A stretch of 64,000 nt of DNA, from the NCBI GenBank assembly GCA_024346625.1, contig AP024666.1:1984001-2048000 (forward strand). Reading direction: 5' to 3'. Position 1 is the first letter of the stretch; each line of letters opens with the position of its first letter. The DNA is from Williopsis jadinii (lineage: Eukaryota). Below are positions 44,217-56,300 of the stretch, in pieces. Made by a program: the position numbers and the translations under genes. Below the pieces are notes generated by a model. The model was given only the letters and a program-made list of their open reading frames with translations, ran no database searches and was not told the origin of the DNA.

Positions 44217-45640
44217 GGCCACAATCGTCAGCCAATGGTTCTGACCTGGGGCCCAAAGGTCTCAGAGAGCGAACGGTACCTGCTGGCAGCAAAGTCAAAT
44301 CTCAAAGCCATGGTTCGTCCAAGTATACCAGCGAGCCAAGTTGAGACCATGTGGACCACTAAGCACATGTGCTTGCAACCACTTCAAGCCAAAAGGACTC
44401 TTTCCAGGAGATGAGTGGATTGTAACAGTCATCACCACTGGTTAGTTACCTGGGTCTTCAATATCTTTACTCGAGGAAGTATACCAACAGACAATTCGAG
44501 AACTTTGAGAATCACTCAGCAGCATGTGACAACAATCATCACCAAACAAGGGCCACAAGTTTCTGAAGCAATACGTATCACATGGTTGTCAGAAATCCGT
44601 GGCCATACTGCATGAGGCATAAGAGAGAACAACTTCAAAACCTTGAGAGATGACTGAACAGTATATGACGATGACAACATATAAACATGAGATTTTGACC
44701 AGAATCCCACAGCTTTGAATAGCTGTTACCACCAGCTATTCACATCAATCACTCATGCCGTTGTATGTCCCTGTGTTTCCATTGGCGATGGTAGTACCTT
44801 GTGCATGATTGGCCAGACGTGGTGGCATCAATTCTTAACCAATCAGTTCTGACCAGAAACTGATAGTTCTCAAACAGGGAATGCCACGTCAAGTAGCTAT
44901 GTCAACATGAATGTCAGCCATGTTGGAAACACACCTGAAAGAGAAGGTGGTACCCTCAGAATAAGCAAGCAACGTGTGGAAATACTTGTTCTAAACCAAG
45001 GGTTCAAAGAGTGAACAAATGGTATCAAATAGGCATCACCACTTGCAAGCTGTCGAGTCTCTCTTCGAAAGCATTTTTGGATGGAATGATACCAAGCAAA
45101 GATTCCAGTGTCCTGTGTGAATGACTCAACAACTAGTGACAACAACTATCACCAACCAAGATGTTCGGACCAGGAACTAATGGCCTGTAATAGTTAATGT
45201 CACTTGTCGGTAGTCATGTCAACCCTGCGTTACATCACCCTTGGAAGTATAACGGAATGCATTGTCAGTACACTGAGACTCTCTCTGTACATAGATGACA
45301 GCAATTGTTCTCAACCATGGGCTCCGACCAAGAACCAACGGTCTCAAACAACATCATCACATGCAAGCAAAGACCTCTCTGGTACTTCCCATCCAAGTAT
45401 AACCTCAAGCAATGCCAGTAAAGTGTAGATGTGTGGATATCTATGACAACAACCGTCAATAACCAAGCACGCCGGACCAGGACGTGATGATCTTCAACAG
45501 CTAACGTCAATGTATTTCAAACATCCCACGTCAATACCAGCACCTGCTAGCAATTGCTGGCTTCTTGGTGTTCATATCCAACCTATGGTACGTGACATAT
45601 ATCGCCGGCAACTGGAATGATAATTCCAAAAGTTCCATGT
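44217..45640. repeat. Degenerate ~150-bp tandem array (about 9-10 units), probably a decayed repeat-protein gene
   Basis: Unit starts near 44217, 44370, 44526, 44665, 44821, 44976, 45136, 45295, 45443 and 45592; recurring (G/A)TGACAACAA..AACCAAG..GACCAG and GGAAGTATA(C/A)C blocks. Confidence 0.7.
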
Positions 45641-48600
45641 GAGTCATGACTTGGTTATCATCTCCGACTGGACAGAAACCGTTGATGGAACCTCACCACT
45701 TATCACAGAACCTTTGGCATAGAATTATTACAACAGCAGTGCATGATGTGTCACTGTGCCACGGGCTGCCACGGGATGCCACAGTGATGGCACCCACAAT
45801 CAAAGTGAAGCTCTGCGGATTCCATCAGTTTTATCGTCATGATGTTAGTTTTAAGAAGAAGAAAGTGGGTGGTAAAAGAGAGGAAGAGAAATTGAGCAGA
45901 GCCGTTCTTTTATCATCAATTGGCGGTCTTTGTGTTACAAGAGATCTGTGTTTTGTGTCACTTTACAGCTCTCATCACCAAAGAATCGGCGTAGCCTGCA
46001 GTATTCAGTCGTATTGAAGTGGTTACAGCATTCTGTGGTTTGAAACTGTGGCTACCTGTTTGCAAAGTTCCCTTGATAACACCCGTGATACGACTTTCTG
46101 TGCTAGCCCAGTTAAGCAAGCCAGAGCGAACGCCCTCTCTATGTATGATGATGCCTATTGAAGAAGTTCAGAGTATCCACAGTAATGAAGGATGGACAGT
46201 ACTTTGCCGTATCCAAGAATCGTTGTGATTTTACATAGACAACCCCAGAGTTTGATGAGGAACAGAGCTCAGTTGCACACCCTGTTCACTCGTCATCAGG
46301 GCTCTAGTACTATGAGGCAACAAATGGCCCGTTAATGTTTTAATTCAGTGTCTTACATTTATGCCCAGCTGTGGTGTATGATTCTGGCACCAATGAACTA
46401 ATCACGGTGGCAGCTGTGTAAGTGTCGTGCTCTAGTATGAGTTTTAATACCGTTTTAATACCTAATTGGGCTTCACCATTGGCGGAGTAGTTCACAGAGA
46501 GAAGAGCACATGTACTGGGCCAAGTTGATGATGGTTTCTATGGGAGAGCATTCCACGAGGGCAAAGCCACCATGAGTATTGATGTGTCATTTTAAAGGCG
46601 AAGAGCACTGGCCAATATGAGGAGAACACTGCTGTTAGGCCCATACAAATACCCTCTGTTTAAGACGAACTAGCACTTTGAAATCTCCTTCCTCTTCTAC
46701 TAGATCGATGAACCAATAAGTTTCAATTCACAAGGTGATGATGCAGAAAGACAGTTCCATTCTGTGATGTTATACCCGGTGTTTAATGGTCTTCCATAGT
46801 TGGAGAGGTTGCTCAAATGTCTCCCAGGAAACACGAAACACTTTCAGTGACAACGAGTAAACATGTCATGACACTGAAGTGCACGATCAACAGTGCTTGT
46901 TTAAGAACTCAGGTGCTTATCACTGTGATACACAGTATATAGAAACAACTCTTTTGAGATAAAACACCACGGTGAAAAGAAGCATCATGCAACAATCATA
47001 CAATGGTTAAAACTCGTTAGTATCGCATCAGCATGTGCTTTCAAGGAAGGGAGGGAATGACGTTAGTACTGAATATACAAAACCGTTACGTTTACCACAT
47101 CTTCCTTCTGGAAGTGACTCATCCCGTATAACCGGAGTTTAATATGATATGGCAATCATAGGAAGCTTGGATTTGACCAGAACAATAGATAAAGTGAATA
47201 CTTGAACGACAGATCTACAGCTTGTACCTTCAGTTTTGAAGGACTCTCTCTGTTTTATCTGTGTCTTTCTTGTTTACTTCAACACCTTTCTCAACAGATA
47301 GCTCACTATAGCGTACGTGTTTTATAACTCCTTGACGGCTATTGTATCTCACTGATGACTCCAGCCACCTGCTCTACTCATATATGTTACTAATAACAAT
47401 ACAATCTGGAACCATATCTTCACTGTTGAGCTAACTTCCTGCGAACTGTGCATGCCTGCTCTAGCGTGTGATATGCAAGGCTGATGTTGGCCATTTATAG
47501 ACTTTGTTGAGCCTCTTACACTTGCTGCTTATTTGGCCAACAAGACATCCAATACAAGACCACGGAGCCAAAGGCTACAATGTTGAAAGGGCCATATGAA
47601 CCACCTGAACTAAGACACCTCGTGTAAATGATATACTGCTCGATCTCAGCTCTTTCCCAGGGCAACTAACCAGTCCTTTCAGACATCACACGGAGTTACA
47701 TTCAATAAACGGCTCTAATACACCCACTAGCAAGATCATAATCACAAAGATCATCACAGTTTCAACGAACCAATGCACACGTTGAGGCTTTAAAACACAA
47801 ACGGCTATTATACATAACTTATCCTCTGCATAACATTTCTCATGCAGTTGGATTTGAAAGAGGTGAAAGATCCTCAAATGCGAAACAATATACAGTGACC
47901 ATGGCTACTTGAAATAACGCATCTGCAATAAGACAACAGGAGGCGAACAGCATGATATCACATTGGAGCTTGCGTGGTTTGGCTTAACAGGCCCATATTA
48001 CGAGGATTGTTGATAATCACGAAGGTCTGGCGTATAGATCTTTAGTCTGTATGCTTGGTGTTTTCATCTCCGCCTAACTCTTAGGTTCGGTTGCTATTCA
48101 AAGCCGGTAAAAGTTGCCATGATGTTGAAAGTTGTACAATCGATCGATGATGATTTCCTGTATACGTCGAGAAACCTGTGGAATCTACGAATAACGGTAC
48201 GAACTATCTGCCATGCCTTGTAAGTAACCATTTCGTATTCAAAGAAGAAGGGGAAAACGCAATAGGGAGCTAATTCCACGGGAAAAAAACCAGATGCCGA
48301 TTCGTATACAACCTGTTTGACGTTTACTGCTCATATTGAAGGTGGCTCAACGTCTCAACATTGAGTACGAAGTTACACGTACATGGTACATGCTGTAGTT
48401 TATGTTGCTTGCTGCAACTCCACCTTCACACAGGCACCAGGCAAAAAGGGCTGTATGCATCGGAATTCACGTTGGGCAACTTTCCAGAAGAGCTTGTGAA
48501 GTCTCATTTCAATCGCTGGTGTACAATAACCATCACAGAGGGCTTGAGACGTGATTGTCGTATGCTTATTAGATACAGGTACTGCACAGCATATAGCACG

Positions 48601-48923
48601 CACTACCAAGTTGTGACACCAGCACATGCCACTGCTAGCATCATCTCTTGATGACGATGAAAGCTGGCTACTGAGCACCGATCTCCTTCTAGAACTGATC
48701 TATATCTGCGGCTCAAAACGCTCGATATGCGTACACATCGCACCCAGCTGCTGGGAGATGGTTTCTCACAGCTTTGTTATCCATCTCCCCCTAGATATGC
48801 TTATATAGCATGCCCAAGCACGGGCACCTGTACGTTGGTGTCGGAATTATGTGCATTTGATGTGTACACAAGTCCACGACTCATGGTAAGCATATCTATC
48901 TTTAGACTGTGATTTCAGAGATA

Positions 48924-49041
48924 TGCATTGTGGGTATGCACGTGTGCATTGTGGGTATGCTGTGGCAAGAAATAGCTTTTGACACGCTGCATCAACACAG
49001 CACGATCTACACAACACTGCATCAACACAGCACGATCTACA
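48924..49041. repeat. Two adjacent short tandem duplications (21-bp and 30-bp period)
   Basis: TGCATTGTGGGTATGC at 48924 and 48945; CTGCATCAACACAGCACGATCTACA at 48987 and 49017. Confidence 0.85.
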
Positions 49042-50882
49042 TTGGCTGTATGCCTGTTTGGAAACTCTAGAGGGAACGAAACGGGGTTTCCCGCTTGTAT
49101 ACAGTGAGCTTCGCACACCCCTTCTTCGTAATCTCTGCGAAGAGTTTGTCCATGTCATGAAGTTTACTCTTCTTCTTTTTGGTGGTTCGTCCTTGGTGAT
49201 CTCATCAAAAGGTACACCCATTTTAGAATCCTTAGCTATGAGCAATTATAACCGGAAGAGGAACACGACACCTTGGTAGTTCTGGTTCCCGATTGTCGAA
49301 GACACGTCTAATGACATACTCTTGAAAATGTTCATTTCGATAAATGCCACGGATGATGGTCTGACACACCTTGTCTTTTTATACCGTTAAGCTGCTCTTG
49401 AAGATCTCAATTCACCGCTGTTTTTGCTGTCATGTCCAAGTAACCAAACTGAATATGGTGAGTACATCGTCCACTGTTGTACAGGAGCTTCCTCCATTAA
49501 GATTTAGGTGACGTGCTCTGCCATCAAGCCCAAAATGACCAAAAGATCATCGACATGATAATCCCATCCCAGACACCGTCAAGATCGATCAAAAGCTCTC
49601 CGGCAACGCCGGCACTGGCACTAGTTACGGTCCTACAGCTCTATAAGCTACACATGTATGTATCCAGCTAGCACATGTAGGCATACGACTACGTGTCGCA
49701 CAACACAGAATAATAAAACAACGTTGCTTCTCATGGTTCCACGTCATGGCAAGCTTGGTGCTTGAGCTTTCAACAAGGCCTGGTGTATAAAAAGGACACA
49801 TTGGGCTAAGGAAAGGGAGGCAATAAAGGCAGATGCAGGGTGGGCAAAAGTGCTTTAGACTACATACACTCAAGCGAAGAGTTCATTTGGAATATTGTGT
49901 AAATATGGTTGATACTCAGAGTGTATTCTTGGTTGCCCAAGTCTAAGTTTATCCTCTATTGTAGTTGCACAAGCTGTTCTCGAGTATGGAGAAATGATCC
50001 TCACACCGAAGCTCTGAGCTTTAGAGAGTGTCCTGGATATTGGTTCGTGAGCACATACATCCTTCATGCGCTAAAGATACAAGGCTGTAACGGCTGATAA
50101 CCCTACAAATTCCAAGTGGAACCCAACAAAGAACAAACATCTAGCGAATCATCATGCGATACCGGCAAGATCTTATTTGGATAAACACCTCCCTCCTCCA
50201 CCTTCTCTCTGTACAGTGTGCTATTCGCTACGCCATGGTCGAAGGGAACTACAGTGCAATGCGTGATATACAAAACTGATTAGTGGAGTGCTCTAAACTT
50301 GAGCCAAAGACGATTGCTACAACGGCCCACATACGTGTCATATTGCTAAGTCACCACCTCTCGTCCCACAGCGAAGAGGCTTCCGTCACAGATAAGCACC
50401 ACACATCAGACACCACACATCAGACCCCCGTCTCCCGCAACATGCGCATGTTGAAACAAGCACCGAATACCACCACTTATATACCTCTCAGCATCCGGCC
50501 TTTGCTCTGAAACAGATTACTAATCCATCTTGCAAACCCTTCCCCTTGCAAAGCGAACAAGTACGCCGAATGTGCCTCTAAGCAGCGCATGCAATTCGCC
50601 TTTGCAAGATCTGAGCTGCGTCGCCTGATCTGCATGACAATGCACGCGGGCTTATGTCTTCACCGCGTCCAGAGAACAAGCTTATGGCGTAGCGTGTAGG
50701 TGCTCTTCGCTTCTGTCTGTTAGGTCATGGCCAAACCAAAGTTGTCTTAAGCACCTGTGAATAGTTTTGGAGTCCCCCTCTCTTTTGCTCATCTATGGAT
50801 ATAAAACAGATCATATCTGCTGTTTGCAAAAGCACTCGAGCAAGGTATAGCTCGGCAGTGTTTCTTGCTTGAAGATTGATAA

Positions 50883-51980
50883 ATGATTCCATCTATCAAC
50901 CACAATCCTATGATGCAGATGAGCTATTGTATGAACTGCCATACGACAAGTACGCCTATGTGGAGACGACTCAACGACAATGCGACTGGCTTGCCGGTAA
51001 ATCTGTGCAATGCCTGTGGCTTGTACTACAAGACCAAAGGTGTGCATAGGCCTAAGGTTCTTGTGACTAAAAAGTCACAGTTGGAGAAGTATAAACAGAT
51101 CATGGACTGCGTTTCCATGGAAGTCTCAGACCCAAACAGGACCAAGATCGTGCAAGTGCACGACGAGGACTTGAACAACGCTAACTTGATCAGCTGCTCT
51201 AACTGCAAATGCATCAACACCTCGCTCTGGAGGAAAGACCCACAGGGAAACAACCTTTGCAATGCATGTGGGCTGTTCTTCAAGAAGAACGGGATGCACA
51301 GAAAGAGCAAGCAAGAAGACAAGGGAATATTCATAGAGATCGATCAGAAACTCATCAAGTTCAATGCTGTGAAGAGACGTAAGAGAAGGGTTGCGAATAG
51401 TCAACCTCATGGGCTTGAGGGTCAGAGGAGATCTTCAATCTCGACGAATAACTCGGCAACGGTATCGCCAACTTCCATGACCTTTACACCACAGTTACTC
51501 CCCCAAATCCAGATGGCATTGCCACCTTCCATCTATCAACAGCAGCTTCATCATGCAGTCCCTCACTATAAGCTTGTCAGTGAGCCATTTTACAGACAGC
51601 CGACAGCAGTCAATGGTTCTCGTTCGAGTTCATTATCATCACCACTACAACAATTCGGTGTTGTTGAAGGAGTATCACCTCCTCAGCAGCAGCTTCCACC
51701 GCCTCCACCATGCTTTCCTCCCTCTTTTAAACAACAGCCGCAACCACAGCAGCATTCTGGCATCTCTTTCTCAACAGAGCCGGGAAGTTCAACGGTGCAT
51801 AGGGTGCCACCACCTCTATTGCAACAACAAGCACAACCGATGTTCTCGTATCAGCCAGCAGGTAGACAACGCGAGCACGAACATCGTCAAGCCAAACTAT
51901 TAGCTCCTAGCTCGTCTGCATCTTCAACCTCACGTCTTCCACCGATTTCTGCTCTTCTCAATGAGATTGACAGACGCTGA
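50883..51980 (+). CDS. GATA-type transcription factor with two zinc fingers
   Basis: CMNC..TPMWRR..LCNACGLYY and CSNC..TSLWRK..LCNACGLFF; basic KRRKRR; Q/P-rich C-terminus ending RLPPISALL; TATAAAA near 50801. Confidence 0.9.
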   Translation: MIPSINHNPMMQMSYCMNCHTTSTPMWRRLNDNATGLPVNLCNACGLYYKTKGVHRPKVLVTKKSQLEKYKQIMDCVSMEVSDPNRTKIVQVHDEDLNNANLISCSNCKCINTSLWRKDPQGNNLCNACGLFFKKNGMHRKSKQEDKGIFIEIDQKLIKFNAVKRRKRRVANSQPHGLEGQRRSSISTNNSATVSPTSMTFTPQLLPQIQMALPPSIYQQQLHHAVPHYKLVSEPFYRQPTAVNGSRSSSLSSPLQQFGVVEGVSPPQQQLPPPPPCFPPSFKQQPQPQQHSGISFSTEPGSSTVHRVPPPLLQQQAQPMFSYQPAGRQREHEHRQAKLLAPSSSASSTSRLPPISALLNEIDRR

Positions 51981-53067
51981 ACTGTACGGCCCTAATGTAA
52001 GACAAGCCAAGAACTGTGAATCTAGGATAAAACCTACTACTGCACGATAATTGATGATCATCCACTAGAATCTATAGAGACTATCTTCGTAGAATGTTCG
52101 CAAGGCGTAGTATTGTTGTACCTCTCCATATATCGGATGTGTACTAAAGCAGAGGTGGAATAAGTGGAGGTTCTGAAATCTACGAGTGTCGTATTAGCGA
52201 TGGTACTTTGTTATCCCTGTTTTGCTCATTACCACACCATTCTCGGCATGCTTTGAGGTCGGCGAGGCTTTCAATTCACCTCAAGGAACTGGGTATGCTA
52301 ACACTTTTCCAATTTCAAAGAGTGGTTTGAAATCACCAAGACTACCACCATAAGAGAGCATTTGCGATGTATGTTTAAGCGATTATCGAGAGTTAAACCT
52401 CCAACTTCCGGTCCCTCGCTGTCGATATCAGTACTCTTCTGTACTGAAAAGCTCACCAGATCTGAACATGGGCACCTACAACGCTACATAAGCACCAAGG
52501 ACAAGACTCGGACATGTACAACAGCTACTAGGATTGGCACTGTGTGTCATGTGGCCATATTTGCGCCGAGGTCAAATCACATGCGCAAAGGTCCACGTTC
52601 TTACTCTGCATTCGGTAATACTGAGGGTAACGTTGATGATGCTAAGAGCACGGTCGATTAGCTTCAAGCTACTAGACACTGCACCAGTGCGCCACTCCGA
52701 TGGTTATGGAACCGCTTCTGGCGTCAATAATGGCCCCCATCGGCTCATCCCTATGGACGTGGAGTCGGTTTCAACCCAATATTGGCTGGTAGTGCCTCGG
52801 ACTCAAACACCTCGGAAGAAGGTGTTAAACAAGGTGGATCATCTAGCATCGGACGCTGTGTAAAGGTCCCACGTCGGGCCGGCTTCAAGCGCTCTTGGAG
52901 TACAGAACAACCAGGACAACACAATTTTTCACGGTGCGATTGGGAAGTTATCGCCGCTTAACTCCTTCCCGTCGGGGTTATTCTGAGCCTGCGGCGCGAA
53001 GACACAGGAAAGCTCCCTCGCTTTCGCTTTCTGTTTTCTGTCTTTTTAGTCAGGGCTGTTTCCGGAC

Positions 53068-53189
53068 GGTGTGCGGGTGTTATTATGTAATATGTTATGT
53101 AATCATACATCCGTACACCACTATGTGTGTGTCGCTTGGCCTCTGCGGTTGATTACATAACGCATTATATAATCACACATCCGTACACC
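53068..53189. promoter_or_regulatory. Duplicated Rap1-like and bZIP-like elements upstream of CFT1
   Basis: GGTGTGCGGGTG at 53068; CATCCGTACACC at 53108 and 53178; TTATGTAA x2 and TTACATAA. Confidence 0.45.
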
Positions 53190-53372
53190 CCCTTGGTTTT
53201 TTCTGTAGTTTTTTCTCCCTCTGTGCTCGCTTTTTGTGCTACGGACTTGTTTTGTTCAGCGGCCCACCAAGTTTACATTTGTGTGTGTTTACTTTTTGAA
53301 CGTCAACATCAACAACAACAACAACAACGAACCCGTAAACACAGCGGCTGGTTTGATTGATAGAGCGGTACG

Positions 53373-56300
53373 ATGGAGGTGTACGACCAGATTGTCAGTC
53401 CCTCTACGGTGACACACTGCACGGTGGCAAACTTCACGTCCTTGCAATGCGAGGACCTCATTGTGGTTAAGAATACTCTGTTGCAGGTGTTTCGTATCGA
53501 GGACGATAGACTGGTGCTGTTTGATGAATACACCTTACAAGGACAGGTGCTCGGTGTGGAGCGTGTCAAAGTTGGTGGGTCGAGGTACCACAAGCTTGTG
53601 TTGCTTACGAAGTTTGCCAAGTTGAGTATTGTCTCGTATAACATGGCAAAACGGTCTCTGGAGACTGAATCACTGCATTACTACGAATTGGAGTTCAAGA
53701 GGCTACACACGAACGGCCTATCGGAGGCATCTCTGCGAATGGATCCGAATTATAAGGCGGCGCTGTGCTTCCACAAGGATATTCTGGCGTTCTTACCGTT
53801 GGCGGCGTCTGAAGATGACCTTGATCTCGACGAAACCATCCAGCAACATTCAACCGAATTCCTGTTAAAATCCACCATCATTCCATCTTCAAAGCTGGAT
53901 GCATCCATACACGACATCATTGATTGTCAGTTCTTGCACAACTATAGAGATCCAACGTTGGCTATTGTTTATAATGAAACTCCCGCGTGGGTAGCTGATT
54001 TGACAATCCACAAGGATACCGTGAATTTGGTGGTGCTGAACTTGGACCTGGCCACGGGCTCTTCAACACCAATCATAAACTTGGAAAATTTACCCCTCGA
54101 TATATGGAGTGTGAAATCGCTTCCAGGTAACGGGCTCTTACTCATAGGTTGCAATGAGATTATCCACGTTGATAACTCAGGAAATACCAAAGGTATAGGT
54201 GTGAACGAATACTACAAAGACTGTACAGATTTCAAACTGGAGGACCTGTCAGCTCTAGATGTGTTTTTGGAGGATTGTCAGGTGGAAGTACTTGATAGCT
54301 CTGTACTTATCGCTGATAAGCAAGGTGGGCTTTTTAACTTGACATTTCAAAAAGACGGTAAGTCTATTAGAAAACTCCAAATGTCCAAGTTGGAGAGTCA
54401 ATTCCCAATGAGCCAGCCCTCGACTGTGGCCAGAATTGGTGATTATGTCTTCTTTGGAAACTCAACAAGCGATGCTCTCCTATTGAAATCGAGAAAAACT
54501 GATTCTGAAAATGAACAATCTTTGGAAAAGATTCAACGAGAAGGCAGAAACGAACAGGACGATGTCAGCATGGCCAACGATGATGAAGATGAAGACCTAT
54601 ATGGAGATGAAGAAGACATTAGCTCAAATGAATCTGTCCAGTTTGATAAAGTAGATTCTTTGTTCAACAATGGACCAATCATTTCTTTTACACTGGCACG
54701 TTTATCACCAGAGCCTTCATCCCAGGGGTTGACCAATCCGAATTACAACGAACTATCCATTGTTGGTGTTAATGGTGAGAACGCTTCAGGGAGAGTCACA
54801 TGCTTCAACCCAACGCTCCAACCGAAAATCCATTCCACACTTAAATTTCAAAACATCACTAAATGTTGGAACTTGTTGAATAAGTATCTAATAACCACCG
54901 ATTTAAACAATTTCAAGAGTGAGATCTTTTTGATTAATGACAATTTCAAGAACTTTCAGAGCTTGGATTTCAAGAACAACAACATCACTGTTAACATTGA
55001 CGTTTTCACCTCGAAAAAGAGAATTGTTCAAGTATCCTCGTCAAACATTTATATCTTTGACTATAGTTTCAAAAAAGTCCTACAAATGAATGCGGATTTT
55101 GAAATATTGCATGCAAAGCTATTGGATCCATACATTATTTTAACTTCATCAAACGGTGAGATAAGAATCTTTGATGTTGATTCTAGAGGCAGAAAGTTGA
55201 ACAAAGTGAAATTGCCGAAGTCTTTGACCGATATAATTTTGACCTATGGTACAGTATCAAACACCTCGCTACTTAACACTGGTAAGAAGAGGAGCCAAAC
55301 AGATGAGAACATCAATGTGTCAAACCCAGTATTCTTAGTAACCACTGTTAATAACCAGATTTTGGCGTTCAGACCAAACCATAACGAAGAGGTGTTCCAA
55401 TTTACGAACATTCATAAACTTATTGAAGTTGGGGAGGTGATTCCCTTCCAAAATGTTGATGGATTGGTCCCAGATCCTTTCTTTAAGCAGGTTGAACTTT
55501 TAGCACTTGGTGATGAATTCAACAAAGACGAGATCCTTACGCTATTGACGATTGGTGGTGAAATCATCACTTATAAGTTGGATGGGAGTCATTTCAAGAA
55601 AGTTGAAACCAATGCAATTACTGGTGCTCCAGAAAATGTTTATCCTCAATCAACTATTCTTGAGCGTAAACTTATCCCATTCCAAACAAACGGTTATAAT
55701 GTGCTCTTTGTCACTGGTAAGCAACCTTATATCGTGATAAAGACGAGTCAATCGAATCCAAAAATCTTCAAGTTTACTCATACTTCTCTCATCTCGCTAT
55801 GCTCATATGAGGATAAGATCATGTTTATCGACGGCGGCAAGAATGCAAGAATCTGTTCGATTCCGTTTGGTCCAAATCACGATTATACGAACAAACTTCC
55901 AATTGATATATTTCCTATTGGTAAGACAATCAACAACATTGCCTTCCATGAGACATCAAATTTGTTGGTGATGTCGTCATTAAGGGAGATTCCGTACGAC
56001 GCCAAAGACGAAGAAGGAAATCCAATTGTCGGTACAGAAGATAAACGTAAAGCCACTAGTTTCAAGAGTTCCTTGATCCTTGTTGATCCTACCAATTGGG
56101 TCATATTTGATGAGATGGAATTTGATGACGACATTGTGGTGAATTCTGTCAAATCACTTCAACTGATCGTTTCTTCCAAGTCCAAAAAACGGAAAGAGTT
56201 TATCGTTTTAGGAACTGCAAAGTACAGAACTGAAGATTTAACTGTATTGGGTGCCTTCCAGTTGTATGATATAATTTCCATTGTGCCTGATCCTGACAAG

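Noticed and set aside
44217..45640. CRISPR-like interpretation of the periodic array
   Set aside because: Eukaryotic context, whole units diverge rather than showing identical repeats with unique spacers, and there are no cas genes
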